The translations under genes were made by a program, and so were the position numbers. A stretch of DNA of 64,000 nucleotides from Tubiluchus corallicola. Taxonomy: Eukaryota; Animalia; Priapulida. The notes under the pieces are model-generated. The model saw only the letters and a program-made list of their open reading frames with translations. It ran no database searches and had not been told where the DNA came from. The stretch spans positions 1-64,000 of the forward strand of contig JAQGDQ010000313.1 of assembly GCA_030141605.1 (NCBI GenBank), given 5' to 3'. Below are positions 49,579 to 63,241 of this stretch, piece by piece (position 1 is the first letter of the stretch; every line of letters starts with the position of its first letter).

Positions 49579-52500
49579 TGTCATTTGATACATTTGTTGG
49601 CCTAATGTAAATAATTCTAGAGCATTGCCTATTAAGTTGTTTTGGTTTGACGGATAAAAATTACGAACTAAAGAGGTTAGTCTTGAAGGTATTTGTCTTT
49701 TATCTTATGATAGTTGTCATCATGGCTAAACTTTCTTTTCCGTGCGCTTCTTTACTGGGAATACAACGCCACTACGTCATTACCTGAAATTTGAAGGATC
49801 AGCAAGGTGTGTGGAGACCATCCCCACCTCCACATTGTCAAACGATTTCCATTAAATTCCTTCTGGGCATGACGTCACTTGCGCAGTCGTCTGGAAGAAA
49901 AAATCTTCACATTTACTGTGTTTTTAGTTCTGCAAATGCTAGAAAAGCTGGTTTCATTGCAAAAACATACAATATCAACATAGTAAGAACATCACCAAAA
50001 TACTGAAATACAATGTAGTTTACTGAAACTGCATATTGAGCACGTGCGATCACTTAAATGTTAAAAAGGATTTCTCATTTGGTCGCAGTATGTACAACAG
50101 AGCTGGTTAACCAAAATTAAAATTCACGCACAATTCCAATTTTTTTACAACTCACACTTAACTATAACTGTCGGATCAAGCTGTAATTTTAACCTGCCTC
50201 ACAGTTTTATGTTATATATATAATTATGATGTTTCGTACAGTATGTTTGATTTTGATTGTGTGTGTACAAGATGATTAACAATAATTTGTATAAGTTCAC
50301 CTACGAGTCTGAGTTGCTGCTCATATTTGGACATTTAAAACATTATAACCTATGTAACCGAATCGTATTTACTGTTGACACGTTTTCAACTGTAAATGGT
50401 TCGACTTTCAACTCGCACGATCAAATAATTCTAATAATATTTTGCGATTCAAGGTAGGCCCGATTTGAGGTTTTAGTGGCAGCTGGAGCTATTATTAACA
50501 AATAGCCAGGAAATCAGGTTGGCCAGTCTAAAATATATAAACTGGTCCGATCTGAGCAGTTAGACTATAATGAGTTAACAGCTTTAACGCTGATATGACA
50601 TATGCATTTCGTGTCAAGCAAAAACTGTGTTGCAGATGAAATACCGATCTTGGACGAGTCAACTTTGGTTGATAATTAAAACTGCTTTATCAAAAAAAAA
50701 CAAAAAAAACAATGAAACTGCTGCGCGCATATTATTAATTTTTTCAACCTAGAGCAAAATCACTAGAATGTAATTCAATGAGTTGCTAATAACTGGCCAG
50801 AATGTCTGATATCAGACCATGAACTGCGCGTTACTTGTCATATTCAATCAGACACTTACTCTATCACAACTCTATAATTAGTAATAAGGTTACATGGCTT
50901 CACTGGCCAGCCCTGGCTTTTTTCCTGTGCTTACAGGAATAGTTGTACACAGGCAGTTCCAAATCCAAATAAAGAAATTCGCGATAGTCAAGCAAAATCA
51001 GTCTTTGATAATTATATTAGTGATGAGGGCTAATCACTGAGGACAAATGAATAGAAACTTGCTCAGTGAACGTTTTCCAAATGGCGATGTCAGACAGTTG
51101 AAACGCCAGAGTTTAAACTAAAAGCACCAGTTTGTAGCATCATTATAGACATTTGACTTTCACATTCTATTTTCTAGTTTGGAAATTTTGATTCTCGAAA
51201 ATTCGGTTCTAGAGCTAAAATTACTCCTTTATATTGATTATTTGCTCTGCTCACTGCAACATTCAAATTAAGTAGACGAGAAAATGATTCTATAAAAGAA
51301 AAAGTAGCAAATTAATAACTAACAGCAATGCGGACACTAAAAAGTTGCATTTACAGTTTATAACTACGTGCAAAGAAATCGGACATAAATTTTCGTTTGA
51401 ATTATTCTATTGTTTCAATTTTACGTTATGAATTTTTAAAATCTTCTAAAGTGAGGCTTATGACAATACTCTAGTTGCTCAATAATAGGGCTTTATAATC
51501 ATCATCCCCAATTCTGTGCAGCCAATTCGCTCGTCGTCACAACCAATAATAAGACTATTAGCACTCGCTAAGTCAAACCGAATAAACTCAAATTAGGTAT
51601 TACCTGACATTAGTACAGTGAGAATTCCTTTGATGTGCCGCCAGGTTGTAATTAACTCCACAAATTTAGCTGGGTTTTAATGCACGCCAGGGGGTGTTTT
51701 CGTCGAGACCGATGCGGTTCGTGAATCTAGTTAATACGATGATTTTTTTACCCAAAAATTCTGCCGTTTTCACTGAATGTAACAACTACTCATTGGCCGA
51801 TAGAGAAACAATAATATCATACCTAAAAGAATTACTGAACAAAGAAAATCGATTTATTTGTTGAACTTATTAATAGCCAGCAAAGTCAAAGAACAGCTCA
51901 GCTACAAAAATCCCGCCGCCACGGAAAATCCCGCTACTTAGTCAATCAGTCAGGTAATTAGTCAGATCATTAGTCAGCCAGTCATCAGTTAGCCATCCAA
52001 GCAACTTGATCAACTTTAAGCCAAATAGCCAGTCAAATGGCAACGTTTACATTTATTCGTTTGCACGTTTCATTCATTCATTCAGTCAGTCAGACAGTTA
52101 ATGATACAGTTAGTCAGATGATCACCCAATTGAGACCCAAAATCCGATTAAACCTCCACCAACCAACCGACCGACCGACCAAATGACCATACGACAAACA
52201 GTTCAATAACTTATTTGTCAAAAAGCAATCAAGTAAACAATTAGTTGCCTAGCAATCTGTTGCGCCAGGCCGATCACCTGGAGCGAATGAAATGTAAAAA
52301 AGCATCAACTAACTTTAATATCGACCAATTACACTGAAGTCTAGTCATATTGTCGATAGTGCAACAATATGATAAAAGCATTTCTGTCTACCTCCCATAA
52401 ACACACAGTCACACCTCGGTAACACATTAGCAGCTCGCCAAATGTGTTTATGATCTTTCTACGAATCGTTAATGTAAAGCACAATTTCAGTTCTGACGGA

Positions 52501-52856
52501 AAACCGCTTTCCTGCGCCCACAGATTTAAAGCCAGATCAATGAGAAAGAAGAGCGAAAAAAGAACCTGTAACGAAACATGACAAAACCACGGAAAATATC
52601 ACGTTTATCATTCTCCTAACATAAAATCAGTAATATAAATTAGAAATGTCGGAATTTTTTCATAGAATCAATATCAGCTAACTGCCCAAAGGAACGGCTA
52701 TTTTTATTTATAAAAATTATATTATTATTGGCCTATTTACTATATAAATAAAATACATAAATATGAATTAATTGTCTTTTCATTCATTGCTTTATTCATC
52801 TATTTATTTATTCGGATATTCCAGTGGATGGATTGAGTCATGCATAGACGGATGGA

Positions 52857-52913
52857 CGAATGAATGAATGAATGAATGAATGAATGAATGAATAAATGAA
52901 TGAATGAATGAAT
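52857..52913. repeat. (GAAT)n microsatellite
   Basis: Directly visible. Confidence 0.97.
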
Positions 52914-53531
52914 CGCAAGAGCGAAAGAGGGAATAACGAACAAAAACCGTTATATGAAGACCAAATACAAATGAGTGCAGCTGGTTCATTTATGATATTA
53001 GGTCTGTGCTTGCGCATGTCTAATGACTTCAAAGATTCATTGTAAGATTTCAAAAATTTTTAAGATGCGCGTGTTTTTCATGCGCAAACAGATTACATAA
53101 AACGTGCTTGGGAAATACACCATAGTAATAGTGGCATCAGTGAATCAGGGCAATAATTACGTATCCTGTTGTCGGTGACTCAGCCTAGTTTGACAAACTA
53201 CTCAGCAATTACAACGTGTCCTGATTCATGCAAATAACAAATGAAAATCCCAAATCCAAATCCAAAACAACAGTCTCACAAATCGAAAATTGTTCAATCT
53301 GGCGGAAGTAGGTTGAGGATAAGCCTATACAGTAGGCAGACATTGCAATGATAAGTAGTAGCAGCTGGGCTGGAGTCTGTTTACTGTAATCTGTGTATAA
53401 TGCTATTTTTGGCTTCCTCCCCAGCGTGCTGTGTGGAAAACTTGAATTCGTCAGCAGAGTTTTAGTGGGTTCAGTTCAGTTCAGTTCAGTTCAATAATAA
53501 GACTTGTAGAGTGTGTACATTTTTTTGCAAA

Positions 53532-54203
53532 ATGGAAGAAAAGGGAGATAAGTCGAAGGCGTCAGTCAAAAAGAAAAAAACAATTATGCAAAAGAAAAGG
53601 GCACAAAGAGTGACTTCAAATGTCTTTGCTATGTTTGATCAACCTCAAATACTGGAATTTAAAGAAGCATTTAATATGATAGATCAGAACAGAGATGGTT
53701 ACGTAGACAAAGAGGATCTTCACGATATGCTAAATTCTCTTGGTAAAGAAGTGACGGATGAATATTTAGAAGAAATGGTTGGACAATCACCAGGTCCTTT
53801 GAATTTCACAATGTTTTTGACTTTGTTTGGTGAAAAGTTAAACGGAACTGATCCGGAGGATGTTATAAAGAACGCTTTTGCTTGTTTTGATCATGACCAG
53901 AAAGGTGTGGTGAGTGAGGATTATCTGAGAGAATTGCTAACCACACTTGGCGATCGGTTTAGTGACGAATACGTCGATGAAATCTTCAAAGAGGCGCCAA
54001 TAAAAGGTGGAAACTTTGACTATGTAGAATTTATTCGCATTCTTAAGCACGGAACGAAGGAAAAAGACGAAGAGCAGGTTATCAAGCCAGGCCAGCAGGA
54101 CGCGGAAATGGTAAAGCCAAAAACATCAAAATCAAAGACGGATAAAACAGGACATGTTGATGCATCAAAGCCTCCAAAATCAGGAAAAACTATTAAAAAT
54201 TGA
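53532..54203 (+). CDS. sqh/MYL12-like: Non-muscle/smooth-type myosin II regulatory light chain, intronless, with C-terminal extension (223 aa)
   Basis: First ATG at 53532 (gcaaaATGG). Motifs: [15 protein letters not shown] phospho-site, EF-hand [56 protein letters not shown] and [17 protein letters not shown] at about 54288. Confidence 0.96.
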   Translation: MEEKGDKSKASVKKKKTIMQKKRAQRVTSNVFAMFDQPQILEFKEAFNMIDQNRDGYVDKEDLHDMLNSLGKEVTDEYLEEMVGQSPGPLNFTMFLTLFGEKLNGTDPEDVIKNAFACFDHDQKGVVSEDYLRELLTTLGDRFSDEYVDEIFKEAPIKGGNFDYVEFIRILKHGTKEKDEEQVIKPGQQDAEMVKPKTSKSKTDKTGHVDASKPPKSGKTIKN

Positions 54204-57200
54204 GAATCAGTTTAGGTTATTGTTAAAAAGATGGTTTTTGTCATATACAATTATATCACTGAATTCCGTTTCAAAAATAACTGTTGTGAATAAAAGCATG
54301 ATGATGACATTAATAAGATTCTCTTACAGCATTTACAGAAAGTAATATCAGTTTTTATTAATAATTCCATCATTATTAATATTTGTTGCGAAAAGTCGTT
54401 ACAGTAATTGACGATTAGATACTTAGTTTGGGTTTTCATTGCTAATTGTTTAAAAAATGTCTGGCCTTTGGCTTCATACAGTTGAAATCAACCGTTGCAA
54501 TAAAGCGTCATTTAAGTAGTAGTGAAAATCCTAGCTACACAAATCTTTGTTTGTCTATCGTATCTAGAATAATCCTTATTCGTGTAGGTAAGCTGTTAAC
54601 ACACAAAAATGTTCGTTGTATTGATGCAGTTAACCCCATAAAATGCTCTAAAACGAATGTCATTATGCTAATAGTGCCGTATCATTTGCAGAATGACTAG
54701 TAGTGAAACGTATAGCTTGTCTCAATTGTGATACTAGTATAACTTCAATACCTGATCCATTTACTTTGTTAGATAAATGTGATAGTTACTAAAGCGAATG
54801 ATATTCATTGTGATATATACAAAAATTTGTCAAAGCACTTTGTCTGCATCACATTTTAAACCATGGTAAATGTTGTTACTATACTACCTAAAACGAACTT
54901 GCATTCCCAGGCTAGCTGGTGTTGTATTTTATGTTCATTTATAACGTTTAAATTTAAAAAGAAACAGTTTTTGGTTACGATTTTTTAAAATTATCAACAG
55001 CAGTTAATTGTTGTCTATTATCCAATTTAAAAATCACATTTTTTAACAACAAGAAAATCGAAAATCTACATCATTAGATTACAAATATTTTTAAGCATTT
55101 TGTTAAATTGTCATCTTATTAAAAGACATCACTTTATTATTATTATTGTGTTAAAATTGAATCCAAGAGTATAGGTAATGCAAGAAACTGCATAACATTA
55201 CATTAATGTTGGAGTTCCTGAGACGAGATAAACTGTACGTACGGAAATGTTAAAAGATTGTAAATGGTAATCTGAACTTAAACTGATCCTAAGACTGATT
55301 CAACTGCTAAGCAGAATCTAAAGCAAGTCACAACTGTGGATTTTTAATGTTTCTCTATTACAATGTTATTAATGGCGCAACACCCTTTCTAGGTTTTCTC
55401 TTTCACCACACAGCAGTCTATATGTCAGCACTTTCATGAAACCGATATAAAGGGCGGTTTACGAGTATCGCATGATGGCTACAGTTTTCATTTTGTGGAA
55501 ATGAAAACCTTATTGCTGCTTTTTATGACACTATATGATTTAGCGATCTTTATTGTTGCGTTGCAGGTGCTTGAGTTACTAAACAGAGATTACAAACGAG
55601 TTCACTCAGTTGTGGGTACAACTGTACAAAACTCTATTATAAGTTAGCTTTATAGATTAACTGTAACATAAATGTCTTCTAATTATGAAAAATATATTAT
55701 TATAACTAAATACAAGAAGTATTCGTTCTCCGCTTTAATGTTTTTGCATTTAACACGATGTTGTCATGTTGATAAACATAATCTTACCAGATGCCTTCCC
55801 AAATGTGTCATTTACATTCTTTGTATTTTGGAAAAAATTGTTTCAAAAAATAATTGGAAAGCCATAAGGCTTGTGATGTACCTGCTCAATGACTCTGCAA
55901 AATGATATAAGAGCCAACTGCATACATTTAGACCTATCCCTTATCCATACAAGTTCTCAAATCTCAGTCACCAAATTGTTAGGCCTTAAATGTAGTAGGT
56001 AGTTGCGACAGAATTGTAAAAAACACCTACAACAATCACATTAGTTGTTCAAGAAAATTCAGTAAAGTGTAGACAATGTATATTACGTTAGTAATAGTTA
56101 TTAAAATTATATTACGTTTAGTTTTCAGAATTAGCATTTTTTAAAGAATTGCAAGTTTCAAAATTGAACTTTTGAACATGCAAATTAATTGCTAGGGTCA
56201 GGTTTCGCGCTTTTAATTAAAATCTAACTTTTCTGTTCATAAATCAAATAAATAAATATATATATATAAAGAACAAAATTCTTAAAGAATCACCAACCAG
56301 AGTTGTGCATTATTTCAACTTTTACTAAGAGTGTTTGCATATATTACAAGATAAATTCTCAGTGCTCCAACACAACGTCGTCAGTATTGACTTGCATCCC
56401 ACAACAGCAACAAATCCACCGAGCACAGGTGATAATACCCTGTCTTTCTGACTCAGGATTGAGGAAACCATTAATCAACACAAGTCCATATAAACGTGTT
56501 GATTGCAGCCTTTATGGCACCCAGAGGTCTGATTATAAGCCTCTCCGTCGTGAGCTGCGTACAGCGTTGTCTATAAAAGACAACAGGAAGGGCGTTGCAG
56601 AGTAATGGGGAATTTTTGTTATTGACTCTGCCGAGAAAAGCCCAAAGATTCATCACTGAAACGGCGATCATAACAACAAAAAACATTCTCACAGCTTGAC
56701 ACGCGCGTGGAGAAAATCGACTAGACAGACAAAAGTCTCGCTCACACTCATTTGGCAATGGCAGCATAGACAACAACTTGCCAAAAATTTATTCTGGCGT
56801 ATAGGATTTAACAGTCCTGCGTTCGGTAAAAGTTCGTTGTGGTTTTCTTTCTAGATAAGAAGTTTCTAGATTATTCTAGATTATTTCGATTACATTTTTC
56901 AATATGTACACCGCATAAAACTGAAATTTCGTGGTGGTTTTATTATAAGTGGTACAATGGGTGCCAAAAAGATATTTTTCACTCAAGTACTTGCACAAAT
57001 ATGAGGTCTTTTCTTCTGAAAATTAAATAGAGAACAATAATTTATAAATGGGATGCTGGAAATCATATTTCACGTTCTCGAATCTTTTGTTCTACTACTG
57101 CTGTGCTGTGAAAGAGTCGATGTAATACATCGTAGACCAAAATATACAATACTTAAACAAATACTGCGCGTATTGTGCTGAAACTTTTTAAAAGAACAAT

Positions 57201-60200
57201 TTTAATTCTTAATTCTCTAAGGTTCACTAGCTTAAAAGAATTTTATCAATTGACTGCTGATGTCGCACGTGTTGAAATGGATAAAAATTTGAGAAAAAAC
57301 GTTTCGCTTTTAACAAAAACAAAGTTAAAAACCGTGACCACTTGTTAGTTAAACTCTTTCTATTTGTTCTGTGAATAACTTTCTGTAGTTGCTGAGATTT
57401 CGTTTGGTTAAAGGATGGAATTTCCAAGACAATTATGTAGTCACGAACAGGCTACACTCAAAACTCGTGAAGTATTCAAGCACTGCTTTTGAAAAATTCG
57501 CATCAAGGCTCACAAAATTCTGAAGTTAACTTTTCTTTTGACGACATGGTCTGGTAAGGCTAGTCTTCTCGCGAATGAGATTTCTAGAATTGTCGATTCA
57601 GATACCACCTGTTTTCATTAACATTTCAAACGTCGGAAATTTTAGACAATTTTTAAATGTGACATCATGTTTTTTATCCGACATATTCTGAAACAGCGGT
57701 CTTTGCTACTGCTTAAGATAAGAAAACAAGCAAATTCTGTAACCTAGTGAAACAATATGAGATTTCAGAGGCCGTTTCTACGATATAGAAACATTACTAC
57801 ACGTGTAATCTTCCTTACTATAAAAAAATCCGTGTGTTTCTAGATTTTGATTTATTAATCATGTTTTAATTTAGTTGTAGTTTTATATTTGGCTTGATGC
57901 AATTGTACTTATTGGCATGATAGCCTACTGACAAATCATCCTGTCACTAGGGAGACATTTGAAAACAATTCTGTCCACATCGCACAAAGCGGTTACTGTA
58001 TCAACTTACGATATAACTAGTAAGAAAACACCGCTAATTTGTTTTTCACAGCAACAATTATTTTTTAGTATGTCTTATAGTATAGATCTGCAAACATAGT
58101 TAAGAGTTATTCTTTGTGCAAACATGTTGGTATTTTTAAGTGAGAGATAATATCATTAGGATCATACGAACTTTTTTTTTGGGGGGGGGGGATATTCGTG
58201 TGTTTGCATTAATGGAGTTACCAATGCCTATACCATGCAGTGGATGTAGATAAATACTATGTAGATAAAAAATTCCTTAATGAGCGTGATATTTTGCTTT
58301 TACACTACACAAATTTCACTGCTCAATCCGCGAAATTGTGGCAGGACTGGTTATGATACAGAATACTAGGTTGACAAATAATCCTCTGTAGCCCTTGCAT
58401 AGAGTAAAAACGATGTATTGTCAATGGTTAAATGATAGCTCTTTTACCAGTTATTTGCACATTTTATTACTGTTTGCACCATAGATAGTAATCCTAGTTC
58501 AAATCATGGTCAAGCTCTAATCTTTTAATACTTCCTTTTTTGATAAATGACGTAACACTGTTAATGAGTTAATAGGCTCACTTTGACAATACTCAGGCTA
58601 CTTTTGTTGCGATGGCTTTATGCTTATGATGGTAAGCTGACCATGTAACAAATGCCACGGTATACCATGAGATGATCTATTGCATACATTTTGTTTTGGA
58701 GTTTCTTGCCTTGACAGCAAAACAGAATGTTGTTCCCTGCAATAATCCGTAGTTGCTGGCACACTGAATAGGAGAATGGGCATAAACATTTTTGAGGTTA
58801 AAAACAAAAATAATAATTCTTAAACTTACATACATTTGTAAAGGGCGACCAGGAACAACTTAACGAGAAAACGTAGCAGCTTTTCTCAGGTGCTACTTTA
58901 TTATAGACATACAAAAGAACAATAATATAAATTTAACAAATAATTTCCTGCTCATACCACCGTTTCATATGTCACCAACCCCTGACAGTGTACTTCTTTA
59001 TAGGAACTACAACTTTGCGATTTAAAAAGACCATGAACTGGGGTATCCTGCTGCCCGCAGATGTGCGATGAATAGTTTATGGTTACAGTATCACCGTAGT
59101 TCTATTCTATTCATGTTCTGTGTTACATGCAACATAATTGTAATGCAACTATATGCGTGCCTTAGGGCGTTAACTTAGGCCTTCTTAAATATGCCTGGTG
59201 TTGATAGATCGGTCTTAGCAAGTCCCAAACTTTTATTATAAATGAAAGACATGCGCAAAAAAGGAATTTCTTTGTCCAGCGAGTGTTTGTGTTCTAAATT
59301 CTCGGCAATCTTTTTTCTCAATGCTGACATTACTCTAAAATATTTACATCATATTGTTCAATGCCTGTCACTCACCACGAATAAGAACTTCTTAATTTAA
59401 ATACGTTGATTTACGTAATATAACCTACATAAGCCAAGTCACTTTTGGATACAAATATATAAAAGAGAAAACTTTAAATGACTCTAAAAACTTATAAAAA
59501 GTACTAAAAAATCATGTTAGGTAGATAGAATAAATGAACAAAACCTTTTGAAGTTGTGGTGTAAAGTAACGAAATTATAAAAAAGTCAAGATGCGGGGAG
59601 CCAACAAACTCAATACCTCATAAAGGGAGTATACCATACAACTTAGTAGGTTTATATACTAATATAATATGGAGCCCTCATGGTAGCCTTATAATTACTA
59701 TTAAAAGTTATGAGAAAAATGATAGCAAGCAATACCTGAATCACAATCATGGTAAAAATTAATCATCTGTCTCCCCAAGCACGTTAAAAATGTATCCGCA
59801 AGGCGTCCAAGCGCTAGCACGTATCTTCAATGACGCTCCAAGTTCATTCACTAAAATTGCTTAAACTATTAGCAATGTTTGATACTCCAACGAAAAAAAG
59901 GGAATAAGCATAGAAGAGTTTATGAATTTTAATCTATAAAAAAATCCAGTTTAAATACTCTACAATGCTATATTTATATCTGCCTGGCAAGAAATTTATA
60001 TTGCGTAATCTTTTGCCAGATAACGCATGATTGGTAACGCAATCCCCGTACAGAAATATCAACATTTTCTGATCGCTTTATGCCAGTATTGTATCAGTTA
60101 TACTATCAGTAGTGCATCATAAGCATGTTGCAGTAGGTAGCGCTGCCATTTTGTACAAACTAAGTGGTTCTCAAGTTACAGTGAAAGTTAGAAACCAAAA

Positions 60201-60959
60201 ACTCTTTGTAACAGCCAATCTATGGCTCTAGCACGACAAAAAGGCCAACAACGCAACACTAACAAAATGTTTCCAAATGAACTTTTGTTTGGTAACCTAA
60301 CTACTTGCTTCAAATGTATAATGCATAATGTGTGGTAGTAAACAACGTATTTACAATGTAACAAGTATTTTTAGTTTCGACCCAGTAGTCTTTAATAATT
60401 TCTCATTTTGCCAGAAAATTTTTCACATTTGCTCTTTGTTGTTTATTATACTAAAATATTAATAACTGTCACACAAAAGATACTGTTATTAATTTAACCC
60501 TTTCGTCGTTGCTGTCGTCATCACTATCGCCACTGTTGCAAGCACTGTCAACGTCAATATCTTCTCCTGTTGTACAAGAAATTTTCATTTTTTTTAGTAA
60601 AATGACACCTGCTGGAGCTACGTAAGTACAGCAAAGCGAACAAAAATTGTACTACGTCCGAACAGTAAGCTCAGCCTAATCTCGTTAGAAATTCGCTTTT
60701 TGTTCATCCCACTACAAACTCTGTGAGATAATAGCTATACTTGAAGACAAATAGTGCCCACCACACTGGAACTAATCATGAAACTGATGCTACTCTAGCC
60801 AAGTATCACTGTTTCCACTTTAGCCATCTGTGTGGTTTAGACAATTCAGCTGTATGTATTGTATACCTCAGTTAAATGGTGTATGCTCGTCAGGTGGGTT
60901 TTTGGTTTCGAAGAATAAACATTACTAAACAATTTTGATTGCCTATAATTGGCGATTAA

Positions 60960-61160
60960 ATGTCCTGAAGATTAACAACGACATCTTATAGACTTCAAAA
61001 AATATGAAATATTATGGAGCAATTGAATGGGATTCCTCGGCAAAACTACAGCGGTCCAAACTAACAGAGCTAGGGACAGTAGACAAAAGCAATGTTTTAA
61101 ATAGCTTTATGGAGTCACCACGGTTTACGAGAGAGACAGTTTTTGACTTGTTGAAGACCA
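60960..61160 (+). mobile_element. Possible CR1-type LINE linker remnant
   Basis: DKSNVLNSFMESPRFTRE resembles the CR1 EKAxxLNxFFxSVFTxE motif; only this one motif supports the call. Confidence 0.35.
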
Positions 61161-62539
61161 GATTACTGGAATTTAATAGTCATAAGGGTTTTGCCAGGGG
61201 CTATATATACAGCAATGCATACCGCCGGGTGGTAAAAGCAAAAGGTACTCTACAATACTAATTATACCTTACCTGTAAGTCATTTGGAAGAGAATTATGT
61301 AACGCACCTTTCCGGAGAATTTTCCCACTATATTATAAGATAAGTAAATGATTTTTGCTGCATTTTCGTAATACTAAATATTGATGTTAACTAACATGTA
61401 GCCAATTCCAATTCATTTCTTCCTTCAACGGCTTACGTTTTGCGTTATAGCTATGTTAAATTGCAAGTATAGTGTACTGCATTGAATATTTTCCGGCTTA
61501 TTTTTTCCAGCTTTGTTTCTTTATTAACTCTTCCCTTATACACTGATTTCGATTTTGCTTTGCCTCTAGTTTAATGTCTGTCTTCCACAATTCTATCATT
61601 TTGTTTTTCTTATTTTGACTATTTATTTGCTTTATTTCCTTTTGCCTTATTATGAATTCTGATGCTTAAAGTTTTGAGCGTAAAACGTTAACATTTTGTT
61701 TAACTTTTAATGTTTTTGCATCTTTAATGTTTTATTATTCAAACACTGCGACTGTTGACTTTATGACGAATTCTTTTCTTAGAAATAAAATGAGAATTAA
61801 CCGCAAAAATGCAAGCCATATTTCTCCTTATTTACACACTTCTGTGTGCACTGACTGCAACGTTTTTATTGTCACAGACAGTTAGCCTTTCGATGAATGT
61901 ATTTCTGATGTTAATTAATGCGTGACCTATATTGCACTAAATACAATTAATTGCTGATTAAGTTTCTACGCTTACATTCATACTTGACACTCCATTGTAT
62001 ACGTATAAGAGAATGTAACTGACTTTCCACTGTAGGCTACATCAGTATTATATCTTTGGCTTCAAAAGAAACATTTAAGATTACACCTACGAGTATAAAG
62101 TTGCTACTGAAAGTACATCAAATATAGACTAGCATAATTATAGTGTAAATGTTAATAATTCATAATATTAATCTCAAGATCATTATTCATTTTAGAAGGA
62201 ACCCAATTAAATGTTGAAAGCAAACATGTCGGCAAGAAACGAAATGCTAAGAAGTCGTTGATTGGTGAGCTTTAATAATTAGGCTTAAATTAGGAGCTAT
62301 CATGATGACTAAAGTGGCGTTTATGTAGCGTCCGGAATGCGTATGTGTTATGTGGGTGCGGGATAGATAAAATCGGTTTATATTGTTTTCAATGCCATCG
62401 TTTATCTGACCTGCGTTATGCGTTATTTTTTCTGCAGTTATTTCCTATTGATTTTTATTCCGCAGCTACTCCGCAGGTGGATAACGCACAACACGTAACG
62501 CATTCTGGATGCTACATAAACGCCATTTTAGGCAAACTT

Positions 62540-62625
62540 ATCTAGTGGTCGTGGCTTTCGCCTTTTAAGTGGAAAGTTCCTGGTTTCAAATACAGTCACT
62601 TGTCGACCTTTACTAATTTCCTTTC
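62540..62625 (+). mobile_element. Decayed tRNA-derived SINE head
   Basis: A-box-like tctagtggt and B-box-like ggtttcaaat(a)c at tRNA-like spacing. No cloverleaf. Confidence 0.35.
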
Positions 62626-63191
62626 TTGCGGACGAGTTTGGTTTAAAAATTTAATATTTATGTATTCATTCCATCACCTGGAAATATCTGAACGCTGACA
62701 GATTTTTAAAGATAGAAATCCTTATTACTGTAGTAATTGCTTTACATTAAACCTACACGCAGAAGCCTTTGATGATGTTATTCAAATAGAAAAGTATAAT
62801 ATCGTAGAAGCTAGGATTTAATATTATACATACATAGACAACTTTTAACTGTTTTGGCTGTGTAGATGAATAACATCTATATGCGCTGTAATACCAGTTC
62901 AGTTTCCTACCCTCAAGGAAAGCACATCAATCATGAGTTGTCAAATATAAGTGAGAAAAAAATAAGTCCCAATAAGGTAAAAGAACTGCAAAGGGCGAAT
63001 GTTTGATGAGCCGACGTCAGTCAGGACCTGTATTTAAAATAATTGAGATCAAATGTGAGTTTCTGAGTAATTTCTAGAAGTATCGAAATGAAATTGCGCA
63101 CGGTAGCTTCTCATTTTGAAATCGAGTGTAATTTCTAATTTTGGCTAAAATTTACAATACCCCACACACAATTAATTAGTTCGTGAAGCTG

Positions 63192-63241
63192 TTTAGGGTC
63201 AGGGTTGGGGTTGCGGTTAGGGTTGGATTAGGGTTAGGGTG
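63192..63241 (+). repeat. Degenerate interstitial (TTAGGG)n-like tract
   Basis: tttagggtcagggttggggttgcggttagggttggattagggttaggg. Confidence 0.8.

Noticed and set aside
51037-51070. CTGAGGA...GAAAC as a hammerhead ribozyme
   Set aside because: No stem II can form between the core motifs; only a cactgag/ctcagtg hairpin.
53511-53531. Track start (MCTFFCK) of the RLC ORF
   Set aside because: It is a GTG start; the first ATG in good context is at 53532.
54700-55450. Possible RT remnants downstream of the RLC
   Set aside because: Only faint KAFD-like and GVP-like traces; too decayed to support a call.
58598-58807. 69-aa minus-strand ORF as a coding exon
   Set aside because: It ends in a stop with no in-frame donor and has no homology; at most an untranslated exon.
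62540-62625. tRNA gene
   Set aside because: Only degenerate A/B boxes, with no acceptor stem or cloverleaf; treated as a SINE remnant.
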